Below, piece after piece: positions 11,553 to 23,100 of a stretch of DNA of 39,265 bases (position 1 is its first letter; each line of letters starts with the position of its first letter). Below the pieces are notes generated by a model, which worked only from the letters and a program-made list of their open reading frames with translations, made no database searches and was not told the DNA's origin. The translations under genes were made by a program, and so were the position numbers. Origin of the DNA: Catajapyx aquilonaris (Eukaryota); assembly GCA_000934665.2 (NCBI GenBank), contig KZ538942.1, positions 1 through 39,265 of the forward strand. The letters run 5' to 3'.

Positions 11553-12142
11553 AATTGAGGGGCTCAGGAGAAAAATGTGTAAACCGCCAGTGGGAAATAC
11601 AAAATGTTCTCAGTCTGAATGTTTTCCGTGGAAACAAATGAAGCGTGGAAGGTGTCATCTGGTGGGGAGTACCTTCATGAGTATTCGTGAATTTTTCCCC
11701 ACCTGCAGAGAGAGTTGGTCGCTGGCAGTCAGTCTGTGAGTGACTGAGCGTAATAGGCACCCGTTGAATTTTCATTTTCCGCGAAAATTAAGGAACGACA
11801 TGAACAGGGTACGACTCACAACTCAGTCACCATTCATCAGTGTTCACGAAGTCGAGATCACCGTTTGAGGAGTCCAGAATGTCCTGCGAGACTTGCAGCT
11901 CCGTCGGTAGGTAGCTTTGGCAGGAATTGAACGTCTCAGGAGTAAAACATGTTCACCTGCACGCGGCAGTGGGCTCATAGGCTGACTGTTAGCGACTGGT
12001 ACTCTCTGCAGGTGGGGAAAAAATTCACGAATACTCATGACACCTTCCATGCTTCATTTGATTCCGAGGAAAACACTCAGGCTGAGAATTTTTTGCATTT
12101 CCCACTGGCAGTTATCACGTTTTTCTCCCATGCCCCTCAATT
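11553..12142. mobile_element. Foldback MITE (inverted arms of about 190 bp) between WIPI2 and NPL4
   Basis: AATTGAGGGGC ... GCCCCTCAATT ends; internal pairs such as CATGAGTATTCGTGAATTTTT / AAAAATTCACGAATACTCATG. Confidence 0.85.
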
Positions 12143-12536
12143 ATTGATAATCCCACCAAAATGTGCATGTGGAATGCTTGAAGCAGCCGTCCAATTCACA
12201 TGCATTTATATCGCTGGTTTTGAATAACTTGTCTGTCCTGTGATGACCACACTCTGTGATTCCAATGTTGAAAAGTCCGTTTTTCTATTTAGATAATTAT
12301 TTACAGAGAAAATGGGTTTTATTTGCAGCATGAATGCTGCAAATTGCTCACCACATAAACTGAACCTTAGATGTAACAATTATACAGGGTATCCAGCAGT
12401 CAGTTCAGGTATGTATGAGAATTGTGGATAGCTTACTAATCAGCTACTATCTCATTGCTCTATTATGAATCCATTAATCACGTTGTCTGAGTTAACAGCT
12501 GATAAGCAAGAGGTACACAATGGTTTACCAAATATA

Positions 12537-12955
12537 CAGGGTGCTGTAATTTAACGTATTGCCACCTTGGGGGATGGTAGAGGGGTTCTAGGCGATCATT
12601 TTAAGTATAGGTATTGTTGGTCTACACAACCTGAGATGATGGGCTTCAAATACAAGGGATAAAATATTCTGACTGGTATGCAGGCCTCTGCACGACCTTA
12701 CCTTTTTGTTTCAAATTTTAGGCTTTACCAGGCAATGTAAATTTGAGGTATGATCACATTATGTGCAGCTGGCAATGGCCTAGGCAATGGAAGGGCTGTA
12801 GGCCGTATCCGAGACAGAAGATGGCATAACGCATTCTTTATTTATTGCTAATTATCTTGGTAACTGGGCTTCAAAGACCCATGATATCTATAAATGATCG
12901 CTTACCACCCCTCTACCATCCCCCAGAGGAAAGTATGTTACATTTCCATACCCTG
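12537..12955. mobile_element. Tc1/mariner-type MITE
   Basis: TA|CAGGGT ... ACCCTG|TA; subterminal pair GGGGGATGGTAGAGGGG / CCCCTCTACCATCCCCC. Confidence 0.75.
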
Positions 12956-13786
12956 TATATCTGAGCTGATATTGAGATTCCCTCTTTAAAAAATGCACAC
13001 TGCACAAAAGTAATGTATCACAACAAAAATCTATTGCGCTTTCGCTTGTCGTATCTTCAGTGGCACTGAAATTCCTCGATGCAAATTGCATAATGCTGTG
13101 GTTGCATATATTAGAGACTTACTACAAGTATTTGTGAATAGTGGTACTTTAGTGTCATAATTTTTACCGTAAGACTTGCAAAAGTTGTAATAAAACATTC
13201 ATTAATGATATTGGTATTATATTAGTTGAAATAATAAGTGGTGAAATTATATTCCATTGGTGTGATTCTCAGAATATTTCAAGGTTTTTCTCACTGACAT
13301 CCAAGTCCTTTGCACATCACATGCAGAAAAAAAAACTTAGACTTCATGAGGTGCTTTATGCCAGCAACATGCCTCATGACAAATTCTAAGGATGATTCTT
13401 GTTATGATGTACTGGTGTATCACAGTTTTATCAAAACACACACACATCACAGAATCAGGCCATTGCTATATGGCAAATGCTTTGCTTGGACGATCAGCTG
13501 CCTGAACAATGCATCTTGTCCACTCTTGAAACAAATTTTGTGCTTAACGAGTCAACACTCGAGCAGAACCCTTTAATTTTTACACAGCAACCATGCACAT
13601 CCACTTTTCAGTGAAATGGGGGCATGTGTATGATTAACCAAAAACATGAAAAAAAAAATCTCTAATGGCTCAAAAAAATTGTTTCCCCCCCACCAACAAA
13701 TGACCTCTTCACCTTCCTCTTCCTTCTGCAAACTTGCTGCAGTGGGGTTCCTGCAAGCAAAATCCAGTGCTTTGTTTCCAGGCTTG

Positions 13787-14086
13787 CTACATTCCAGGTG
13801 CAGCTCGGCCAAGTCTAGGCAGGTTACAGATCTCGCAGTTGTTGAACTCGGCTTGGTTAAGATACGTGCAGTGTGGGCAGGTCCAGAGGCTTGACTCTGA
13901 TGAATTCCTGCCAGCCACACTCATGTCACTCTCTGAATTTGGGAGGCGGGCAACTACAGGGGATCCTGAGCTGGAGCTAGCTGCAAACAGTTCTTCCACT
14001 GTAGCCCAGTGTTCTCCATTGGACCACTCTCGGGCCATGGCCCCGTTCTTAGAGCGGACTGCCTCCAGGAGGGGGCCCATGTGGTC
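13787..14086 (-). CDS. NPLOC4: NPL4 terminal exon (NZF/RanBP2-type ubiquitin-binding zinc finger)
   Basis: [34 protein letters not shown]...[32 protein letters not shown]. Confidence 0.95.
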   Translation of the reverse strand, partial: DHMGPLLEAVRSKNGAMAREWSNGEHWATVEELFAASSSSGSPVVARLPNSESDMSVAGRNSSESSLWTCPHCTYLNQAEFNNCEICNLPRLGRAAPGM

Positions 14087-17000
14087 CTGGAAAGTTAGTG
14101 TGTGTAAAAAGCCACCCATGATTTTACATTTTCATTATACCTCTCCTCAGCCTAGCAGCAAACAACTATATATTTTTCACATCTCCCATAACCAACAATG
14201 TCATATAGGATTTGTTTCTGTAATTTCTACATTACTCTGATTAATCAAAATTGAGAGGCGGGTAATTTTCTTCTGTCCTCAGAAAAGGAAGTATTTAAGA
14301 GGAATTGTGTTATTTTATAAATACAATATCGTGCCCTCTGGTGCACTGCCCAAGTGTAAAGCTGGGTTGGATGGTTGATAATAAATCCTAAACATGTGGT
14401 GGGCCCTTGTTATTCATTGCTTTTATATTGTTTCGATCAATAAATAATAAGGATCAACAACTTGGTCAAGATTTATTATCAATAATGCGAAGAAGAGGAC
14501 AGGGGAGAAGTTATGGATTGCTAACTCCAAAGAAGCAACAATCACAAGTGGACGTGTCCTTGATTGCTGAGGCAAACAATCCTTAACTTCTTCCCTGGCC
14601 CGCATCCTCTTGACTGCAGTCTTGGACACTGCACCACAAGTTGCACCATCCTGCCGAAACCAGGCATCAACTCTTTGCTTTACTACAATATTTTCTACGA
14701 AGGAATTTCACCTACTGGGAACCTACAGTAGTCTCATAAGTCTTCACCAGAATGCCTTTAAAAATATTAAATCTAAACTCATGTACATGTTTTAAAATAT
14801 GCAATACCAAGGCTAAATACTGGATCTGGTAAGAAACTGTTTATGCAAACTAATGACAAGTCAACAGTTCAACCGGAGCCTTGAGGAACAGGATGGATGC
14901 AAATCCTGGACAAGGTTGTTACAACAGGAGTGGGGAAGAACATCCTGCTGTGCCATGTATAGTATACTCAAATCTTGGATGGGCAGCACCAAACACAGTA
15001 AAACAAATCTGCCTGGATTTGTTTAATAAATATACTAGTTCGGTTTAATCGATACTGATTTTGGGGCACCCTGCTTAAAGTCAGGAATCTTCCAAGAATG
15101 GTTACAAAATGGCATTGTAGAAGGCCCTGGTCACTTGCATGATCATTAATAAATTGACTTTGTTAACAACATGTCCAATATAGCAATATTTGAAACAAGG
15201 AATTACAAGCATCAACCAACTGTTTTGGGTTGACTATTAATCACACAACCCAGTCTAACAGGTTATGTTAGAAGGCCTTTAGCAACTACATTTCGCTGGA
15301 AGTCAGGTAATCTTAAGAAAAAAAAGCGGTTAAAAATGTAATTTTGTATCCTTCAGTTACGATGGACTGCATGATTGATAGTAAATCCAGAACAAGTGGA
15401 TGATCTTTGTTATTCATTAATGGTTTTTTATTACTGGAGGTATATTGACTGGCTTTTAAGGGTGACTGGGTAGTGTACAGTAGAGAAGAGCATCTTACTA
15501 CTGATATCTCCCTTGGTATTCCAGAGAACATTCAACCTTTCCATCTTCATCTTTTTGCTCCCGATGGTACATGGGCATGAAATGATCGGGGATACAAAAC
15601 TGTAGGGGATGGGGCTGGCAACCATGGGGTCACTAAACTAGAGTGTGTAGGTGCCAAAACTCCTGCCCTATTGTGAGAGCATGTTATGCCACTGCTAGTG
15701 GACAGAGTATGTAATGGCACTGTCCTTGAATTAGATGGTATAAAGTAATGGGAACCTGGCAAGCACACACAAACACCCACACAAAATGGAATGACATAAG
15801 AACTATTGGAGCATTTAAGTAACTGAATTGTCTGCTGCTATTTTTTATACCTTCCAGCCTCTAATTCTCTCTCTCCTTCCTACATCTTCATCTACATAAC
15901 CCTCACAGTGCATGGTGTGGGTATGGGCCACTTGTATAGGCACACCATGCTCAAATTTGAGTTAAACATTTGAGTTCATGCCTGTTTGCTGTCTCACAGA
16001 AACACTAACATTACACTAACATACCTTCATGGGCAGCATGTCCATCCCAGCAATGTAGATCAGAAAATGGAAGTCTGAAGCTGCTTTAAGGAACTGCTCT
16101 GGTGTGAACTGCCGCATGTAAGCATGCAGTGCTGTGAAATCTTGGATGTGGCCGTCAACAAACCTGAAACCATAGAAAGAATCAAGTGTGTGGAAAAAAC
16201 CATCTTGTATGCTTATGCTCACCTGTTCTCCACTGGAAAGCTCCGGATCTTATCATTAGCAAAGAAGGTGTGTTGTGGATCCAGGGGTGTCGAAACAGGC
16301 ACATCAATGAGAAGGTACTCCACTGGGAGAGGTCGTGCTAGCTTTGTCACTTCATTTCCGTATGCATCTTTTTTCTGCAAGAAAAATAGCAATTATAATG
16401 ATCAGCCCATATATTAATTAGTGTAAACAGGGTAACACCTAACAAAACAGAAGTAGTTTTTCTGACGGTCTCTGATATATTTTAGCAGTTTATAGTGACA
16501 TACATTCCCATACGCTTCTGTGAAGTAGTGTGAATATTCCACAGATATTTGAGTTAACAGTTTCAGTAAACACAGGGTGTTCCAAATATATCAGTGCTAC
16601 TTTTGGTTATAGAGAATTTCGCTGGAAGCTGTGATTTTTTGTAGCTTGTTGCCCCCCATTCCGCTAATGAGGCATCAGGAAAAGGGCGCAACAAGCTACA
16701 CCCAAATAACTACTTCGAGCGATATTAGCGATAACTAAAACGACCCACGAACTAGGAACACCCTGTATAATAGATATAGAACGTCTCCCTATCATGACAT
16801 TCTCTTACCACCAGCCCTTGTGACTTGTGTTCGAACCCGCGCCACACGTATTTCTAAGCCTGCCTGTCTTACGACTGCGCAGTTTTGCGGATGGCAACCG
16901 TCCTTTGTCGACTTGCCCGTAACGCCGCTCAAGGACGCGGCGGCAGAGGTGTGAAGCACAACCAGTAGAACACAGTCGTCTTGGAACCCCCCTACACTGT

Positions 17001-20000
17001 CATATTTCCGCTTAGCAGAAATCCAGCAGATCGAGAAAGGTTGAAAACAAGCGCTCAAGATTAGGCACTCCATGCATGAGCCTACCACCTGCTAGGCCTA
17101 ACACCATTATCCCATCCCTTATCCCGCCTGTGGTCTGACATATTGTCACCAACAGGTCTGCTGGCCTGGTTGACATGCTGCTGTTCCAAGCCTGAGTTCG
17201 GATTCGCAATCATGACTACTCAAGAGGTGGGTACTACATTCAGTCACTCATGGGATAGGTTCGGAATGGGAATTATTGAGTTTTGGAATTGTCAACTGAT
17301 GGAAATGAAGGTGTCATGTGTCGGTATCAGCTGAGATTCTAGGGTTAAGCGGACTTATCCAAAATGTTCCACAGTGGAATTTGGGGCTAGCGCCTGATTT
17401 ATCAGTCTGGTAGGGCAAGTGCCATGCTGCAATGTTATGGCTATTTCAAATGTTATAGTGGAGGGTGTGACCCAGTTATGTAGGCAACATGGGTTCTGCA
17501 ACAACAACAAAAGTCCATAAATGTTAAGTTAGGACTCGAGTTACACGGAAACTGGTGGAATTTTTGTATTTTTCATTAGCAGTAGTGACTTAGCAACTGC
17601 TAAGATTGGAATTTTCATCATATTGCTATCCTCTTTTTGTAAGCCACCGCGAAAGGCCCGGATAGGAGAGGCGCCATGCCAGATTCTGCGCAGTGTGTTA
17701 GGAGCCATTTGACATCCTCGGAAAGTTGGCATGTCTTGCTTATAATTGGCAAGATACCTGTTGTCAAATGCACACTACAATACTTCATCATTCCAAGACA
17801 AGTGTATTTCAGGCCATATTGGTTAAGGCAAAGGTAAATGACCTTTCAGAGAAGGGTAAATGAAGGGTTGTTCTCACATCAGCCATGTTTCCCACCTTAG
17901 CAGTATGTTCGAGAGACCCGGGTCATCTCTAACACGCTGCATGTTAGCAGTGACTGTTCTTAGAAGTAAGACGGAAATTCCACTTGTAGCAGTAAGCTTA
18001 GCAGGTACTTGGCAGTTACTAAGTCACTGCTAATGAAAAACACAAAAATTCCACCAATTTTCTTGTAACTAGCCAATTGTTTAAGAATTGCATCCCCAGT
18101 GTTTATCGAGTGAGCCTAGCTGGCCTTCTCTCTGGTTTGTATACCATTGTGAATATAGAACTGGTACTTCACCATTCGAGTCCTTTCTTCCTGCCACCAA
18201 TACACAAAGGTATCAGCACTTTAACGTTTACAAACGCCACTACAGGGCACACTCTTCTGTTAGTGAAGCACTTCTGGAATTGTTATATTGTTGACTACAA
18301 CAGAAGGAAGGGCCATTCCAGAAAAAAAGTGACAGTGGCATTCAGGAAATGGAAAAGGATCCAGGTATCTTACAGCCAATGACAAATTTCTTGAAGATTG
18401 CTCTGAATGTCTAACTATTTTATACCTATATTAGTTGTACTTGCTGGGTTAATTTAGTAACAATGGTGACCAAGCAGCTAATTAATATAAGTAGTACACA
18501 AGCAGTTAGGGCCCTTTTGAATAACACACAACATTTGGGCAGGATTCCCCTCCCCTCATTAGTTCAATGAGCCAATTTCACTTTCCCCTTATTACCATCT
18601 ATAGCTGTGCCTGATATGAGACTGCTGCACCAATGTGTTTGAAAACTAGTAAGCAGCTGCACTAAAGGATCACATGGCTTTTGCATACTATTTGAGCTAG
18701 TTCTATCCTGTTGACTTCATATAAGGTCATGTTTCACTGAAAAATGCTGCAGCACCACAGAAATACATGTGACTCTTATGAGCCTGCAAGCAGACTGTTT
18801 AGACAAGACAGCCACACTGTCACTTTTATAAAGGGCTATTTGCGAAATCGCTTATTTGATTATGTGTCAGGGCCCTTGCAGTGGGTGGTATGCACCCCTG
18901 CCACCTGCAATTTTTTGTGGCCCTGCTGAATGTGACATCACAATGCTACCAAATGCACTGTTGGTCTTTAGACAATGTATTTTTGAGATCTTCCGAAGTC
19001 TAAATATGCTGTAAGGAGTCCAAGGCAATAGTCAGTTGTCTGCCTGAGAAATCACTACATCAGCACCTCATCCAAGAACTAAAATCTTTCACCTGACTGT
19101 TTCCTAGCCTGCCAAAATGGCTGACATGTTGTCAAATGGGGCGTTGTCATTGCATCTCAGGGGCCATAATTATGACTTGGTATCAACAATTGAAAGGGTC
19201 ACACTCTCAGCTTGCACTGTACCCATATTGCAAATTTCTATATAGCAGGTGTAACTGAAATCGTATGCTCATTGATGGAAGCAGCATTTCTCAACCAGGG
19301 TTTCGTGAGAAAGAGGGATGAATGGGCTAATCATATGTAAATGTATTTTTGAGTCATTAATTGATAGGTCGATAATATGCATTAATTTTTATGTAGGGAT
19401 TCCCTGAGACATGAATATTATTTCAAGGGTTCTGCAAGGTTAAAAAGGTTGAGAAAGTTGGATGAAAGAATAGCAGCACTTTAAAAAATTACAACATGAA
19501 TATAAGCTGGAATCAGATGCAGAAGCCAGCACGTCATGCCTGTAAAGAATTTCCTTCCCAGCTACCTAACTACTACACTAATAGCATCAGACACATTATC
19601 TTGAGATTTGGAAAAGCCTTGGATGGCTTTTTTAGTTGGCAAAAGGCATGTAAATTGCAGCCCAGTATGTCTGGAGGTTATGTCAGGAGAGATCAATTTA
19701 ACTAGCAATTGGAGCATGCAGGCAGGCCTGTCATCCAGCAAAGTATGTGGTCAGTGAGGTAATCCATATTTAATTGCTACTTCGGGTCCTTTTGGGACAC
19801 ATGAACATCTTGCTCTTAGCAGTGTTGTAACAGGGTTGTGCACAAATGTCTGCCAGTGTGTTATAGTCAAACATGTTACTAAAGCTAGGTTGCATTGCTG
19901 AATGTGTACCTTCAACTGAAGGTTTATGGTTATTGTCTAAATCTTTCGGGGGGCATGGTGGTCTAGTGGCTATGCTACTGGCCAGCCAAACGGGAGGTCC

Positions 20001-20090
20001 GGGGTTCAAATCCCATCCCTGTCACCTCTTCCCTTCTCTGCCCAGGGCCAAGAGAAAAGGTCTGGTATTTAAGAGGGTCAGAAATGACTA

Positions 20091-20130
<40 letters not shown>

Positions 20131-23100
20131 CCCCCCCCCAAAAAAAAGGGCCCAAGGTCCTATCACAGGTAAAACAGACAATCAAATACTTGCCAATCTT
20201 TGAGCATAACTTTTCCTTTTGATAAACCATTTGTGTACTTTCACTGCCAGTTCATTTTGGTTTATTTTCAAGGAGGTTTGCAACTACCAAAGATGTGAAG
20301 AAATGACATTTTGTAATTGTACAGGATGCCACAAAGTCAAATGTTTTGGTAAAAATAATATGTATATTCCTGAATTAAATTGGCCATCTTATTGCAAGGT
20401 GCTTGGGCTCCCATGTATTTGCAGGAGGTCTGTGTGACATCACAAGAGTGAACCTCTAGATGGGATTGTACATGAGATTTCTGCCAATACTGGCCTTAGC
20501 CTATTTAATGATAGCTGATTTTTTTCTCTGGTTGGTTATGGTGGTCAAATGTCACATGAACCTGGTTGCTGTTGTAAGGGATTGCTTCCTCTTTACAAAC
20601 TTTACAGGCTAGCGGCAATAACAAAAGAAATGAACATCGTTGTTTTTCTCCAGGGCATCAACCCAGATATCGTACTGGCGCTGGACCAGCTCACCAAGTG
20701 TCATTTCTGCAAGAACCGCTTCAATGAAACAGATCTCCTACCAAAATTCCTGAGCTGTAAGCATTACTTCTGCCTGGCTTGCATTAGGAATGAATTTCTA
20801 CGAGGAAGTGAAGTCTACTGTGTCAGCTGCTGGAACCGTACTTCTGTGCAAGAAGACGGACCTGACTCACTGGAAACCCACACATCCTTGCTCATCTTGG
20901 TACAAAACCTGCACCATTTTCACATGGTTGCATCAACTTCAGCAGGATTTGAACCGCCAGGTCTGGGGCCTCGAGTTAAGGAAAACTGCGCAATTCATGG
21001 GATGCCTCAGGTGTCTTGGTGTTCTTATTGCCAGGAGGGTCTGTGTCATGTCTGTGCACAGGAGCATACAACTAACATGGGCCATCCCCTCAAGTCCTTG
21101 AAGGACATCAAAGAACATATGTCAAACCAGTTGCAAGCTGAAGCTAACAACATTGGCAAGATGGTCAATGAGATCATACGCCTGGAGGGCAAGCAGCAAG
21201 ATTTTCTTCTGAAAGTTAGTATTGAGGTGTTTTTCATACATTTCCCTAATGATGTAGTTACACACGAAGAATTTACTCCTCAAGATTGTGACAGGTAAAT
21301 AGTAATACCATTGCACTTTTCCAGGTTTTGGAAGCGTGCACTACACTTAAACATGACATTGAGTCAGAACTGAAGAACGGCAATCAAAGCATTTCAGAAG
21401 CCCATGAGGTGCATGACCTAATGGGTAATGCTAGACGTGGCTTTATGACGATGGAAGGCCCATCTAGTTTCCTGCTGGCTAATGTCACTGTTGCTGCTCG
21501 GAAGAAAAAGCTGCAGGCTCGATACCAGAAGCTTCTGCTACAAAGTCAGATGGATGACGTAATATCCAACAGCAGCGTGATTGTGGACTTCACAGCAGTC
21601 AAGCATGCCGTGCAGTCAACAAGTCAAACCAAGAACCTGCCAATGTACATGAACAATGGAAATCCATTGAGTGATCCCATCCTTTTTCTGACCAACTACT
21701 GCCTCTCGCGACTGTACCCTCGCCACGTGATGACTGAGTGGCACTCACAACAGAATGGGAACTTTTCTGATATGTTGGCATCCCTACCATCTGCTACGAA
21801 CCTACTCTCCTTACAGCAGCCAACTCAAGGGTCCTCCCAATCATACACTCCCTTGCCACTTCCCAAGCCCCACCACTTCCTGACCCAGCAGGAGAAAATC
21901 ATTGCCCCGCCCAGTAATTCCATGCCACGTGGTCCTCTCCATCCCAAGTTCTTTTTCAACATTGAAATCAATGGAGTGGATGTGGGCCGCATTGTAATTG
22001 AAGCCCGTCCTGATTGTGCACCGAAGATGGTGGAGAACTTCGAGTCACTCAGTACATGTGAGAGGGGGATAGGATACAAAGGATGCTCAATCTTCCAGTG
22101 CTGGAAGGGGGAGTCACTTATCACTGGTGATTTTGAGTACAACAATGGTCGTGGTGGATACAGTGTCTTTGATGAGCCCTACTTCATGCCAGATGATACC
22201 AAGATGCCTGCAGTTCGTGGGGCTGTTGGAATGAGACGCACCCAAAAGCGCCACGACAACAAAGGTCTAGTGGGTTCACAGTTCCGGATCATTCTACAGG
22301 ACATGCCAGGTTTTACAGCCATATTTGGCCATGTCATTGAAGGTCTAGAAATGATGGACAAGCTGTCGCAGTGTGGTGACAATGCAGGAACACCCACAAA
22401 GTTGATATCCATTGCCCACTGCGGGAAGCTGTGAGGCACCAATCTTAAGTTCATAATTATTCGGAATAAGTCAATCTTTAGTCCCTATTCAGAGTGAATG
22501 TGGACATACTTTAGGCGTACGGGTAACACTAAATGCAACGAGCTGTCCCCCAAAGATAAAGCCAACCCTGCGGTTTTAGGCAAACTAGTTATTTTTGTGG
22601 TTTATTCATCTCAGTTCCAATGAAGACTGCCTCTTCATGCCTGGATTCACTGATCCCTGCCCCAAGATTTAACGTGCAATTGCTAGGAGTGAATAAATGT
22701 TAGGTTGCATTTTAAACCTGAGGCTAATCAGGTGATGCATCAGAGATGTTAAAAACCTTCACTTTGCAAGCTGTACAAGTGCCTTCTGAATCCTGTGCAA
22801 GGGACACAATCCCAAGTGTCAGTATGCAGTGATTGCAATTGTATTAAGTCTTCCCAGTAAACATGTTAAGTCTTGGGGACAAGTAAATCAGTGCACCAAA
22901 TTGGCAAATAGAGACATTCAGGATCCGAGAGAGCTTCTTCATCCTTTTTTGTTGCATTTTAAAATGTATAACGGAAAGAATTCTTGAGTTTTGAAAAGAA
23001 AAATTATTTCATGCTGATTTTTATTTTTAAAAGTGTTTTGATTCTAATGCACAAGGACTTGGGCCCAGTCGAGTTAAGACATAGCTGTAACCTAAAAGTA

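Noticed and set aside
13734..14240. 168-aa + strand ORF
   Set aside because: Antisense shadow of the NPL4 terminal exon.
20549..20653. N-terminal 35 aa ([11 protein letters not shown]...MNIVVFLQ) of the 249-aa ORF
   Set aside because: It ends in a polypyrimidine tract plus CAG acceptor and is probably intronic read-through. The ATG at 20630 cannot be fully excluded.
21215..21298. C-terminal tail VSIEVFF...QDCDR of the 249-aa ORF
   Set aside because: It begins at a gttagt donor and is intron sequence; splicing restores the frame into the next exon.
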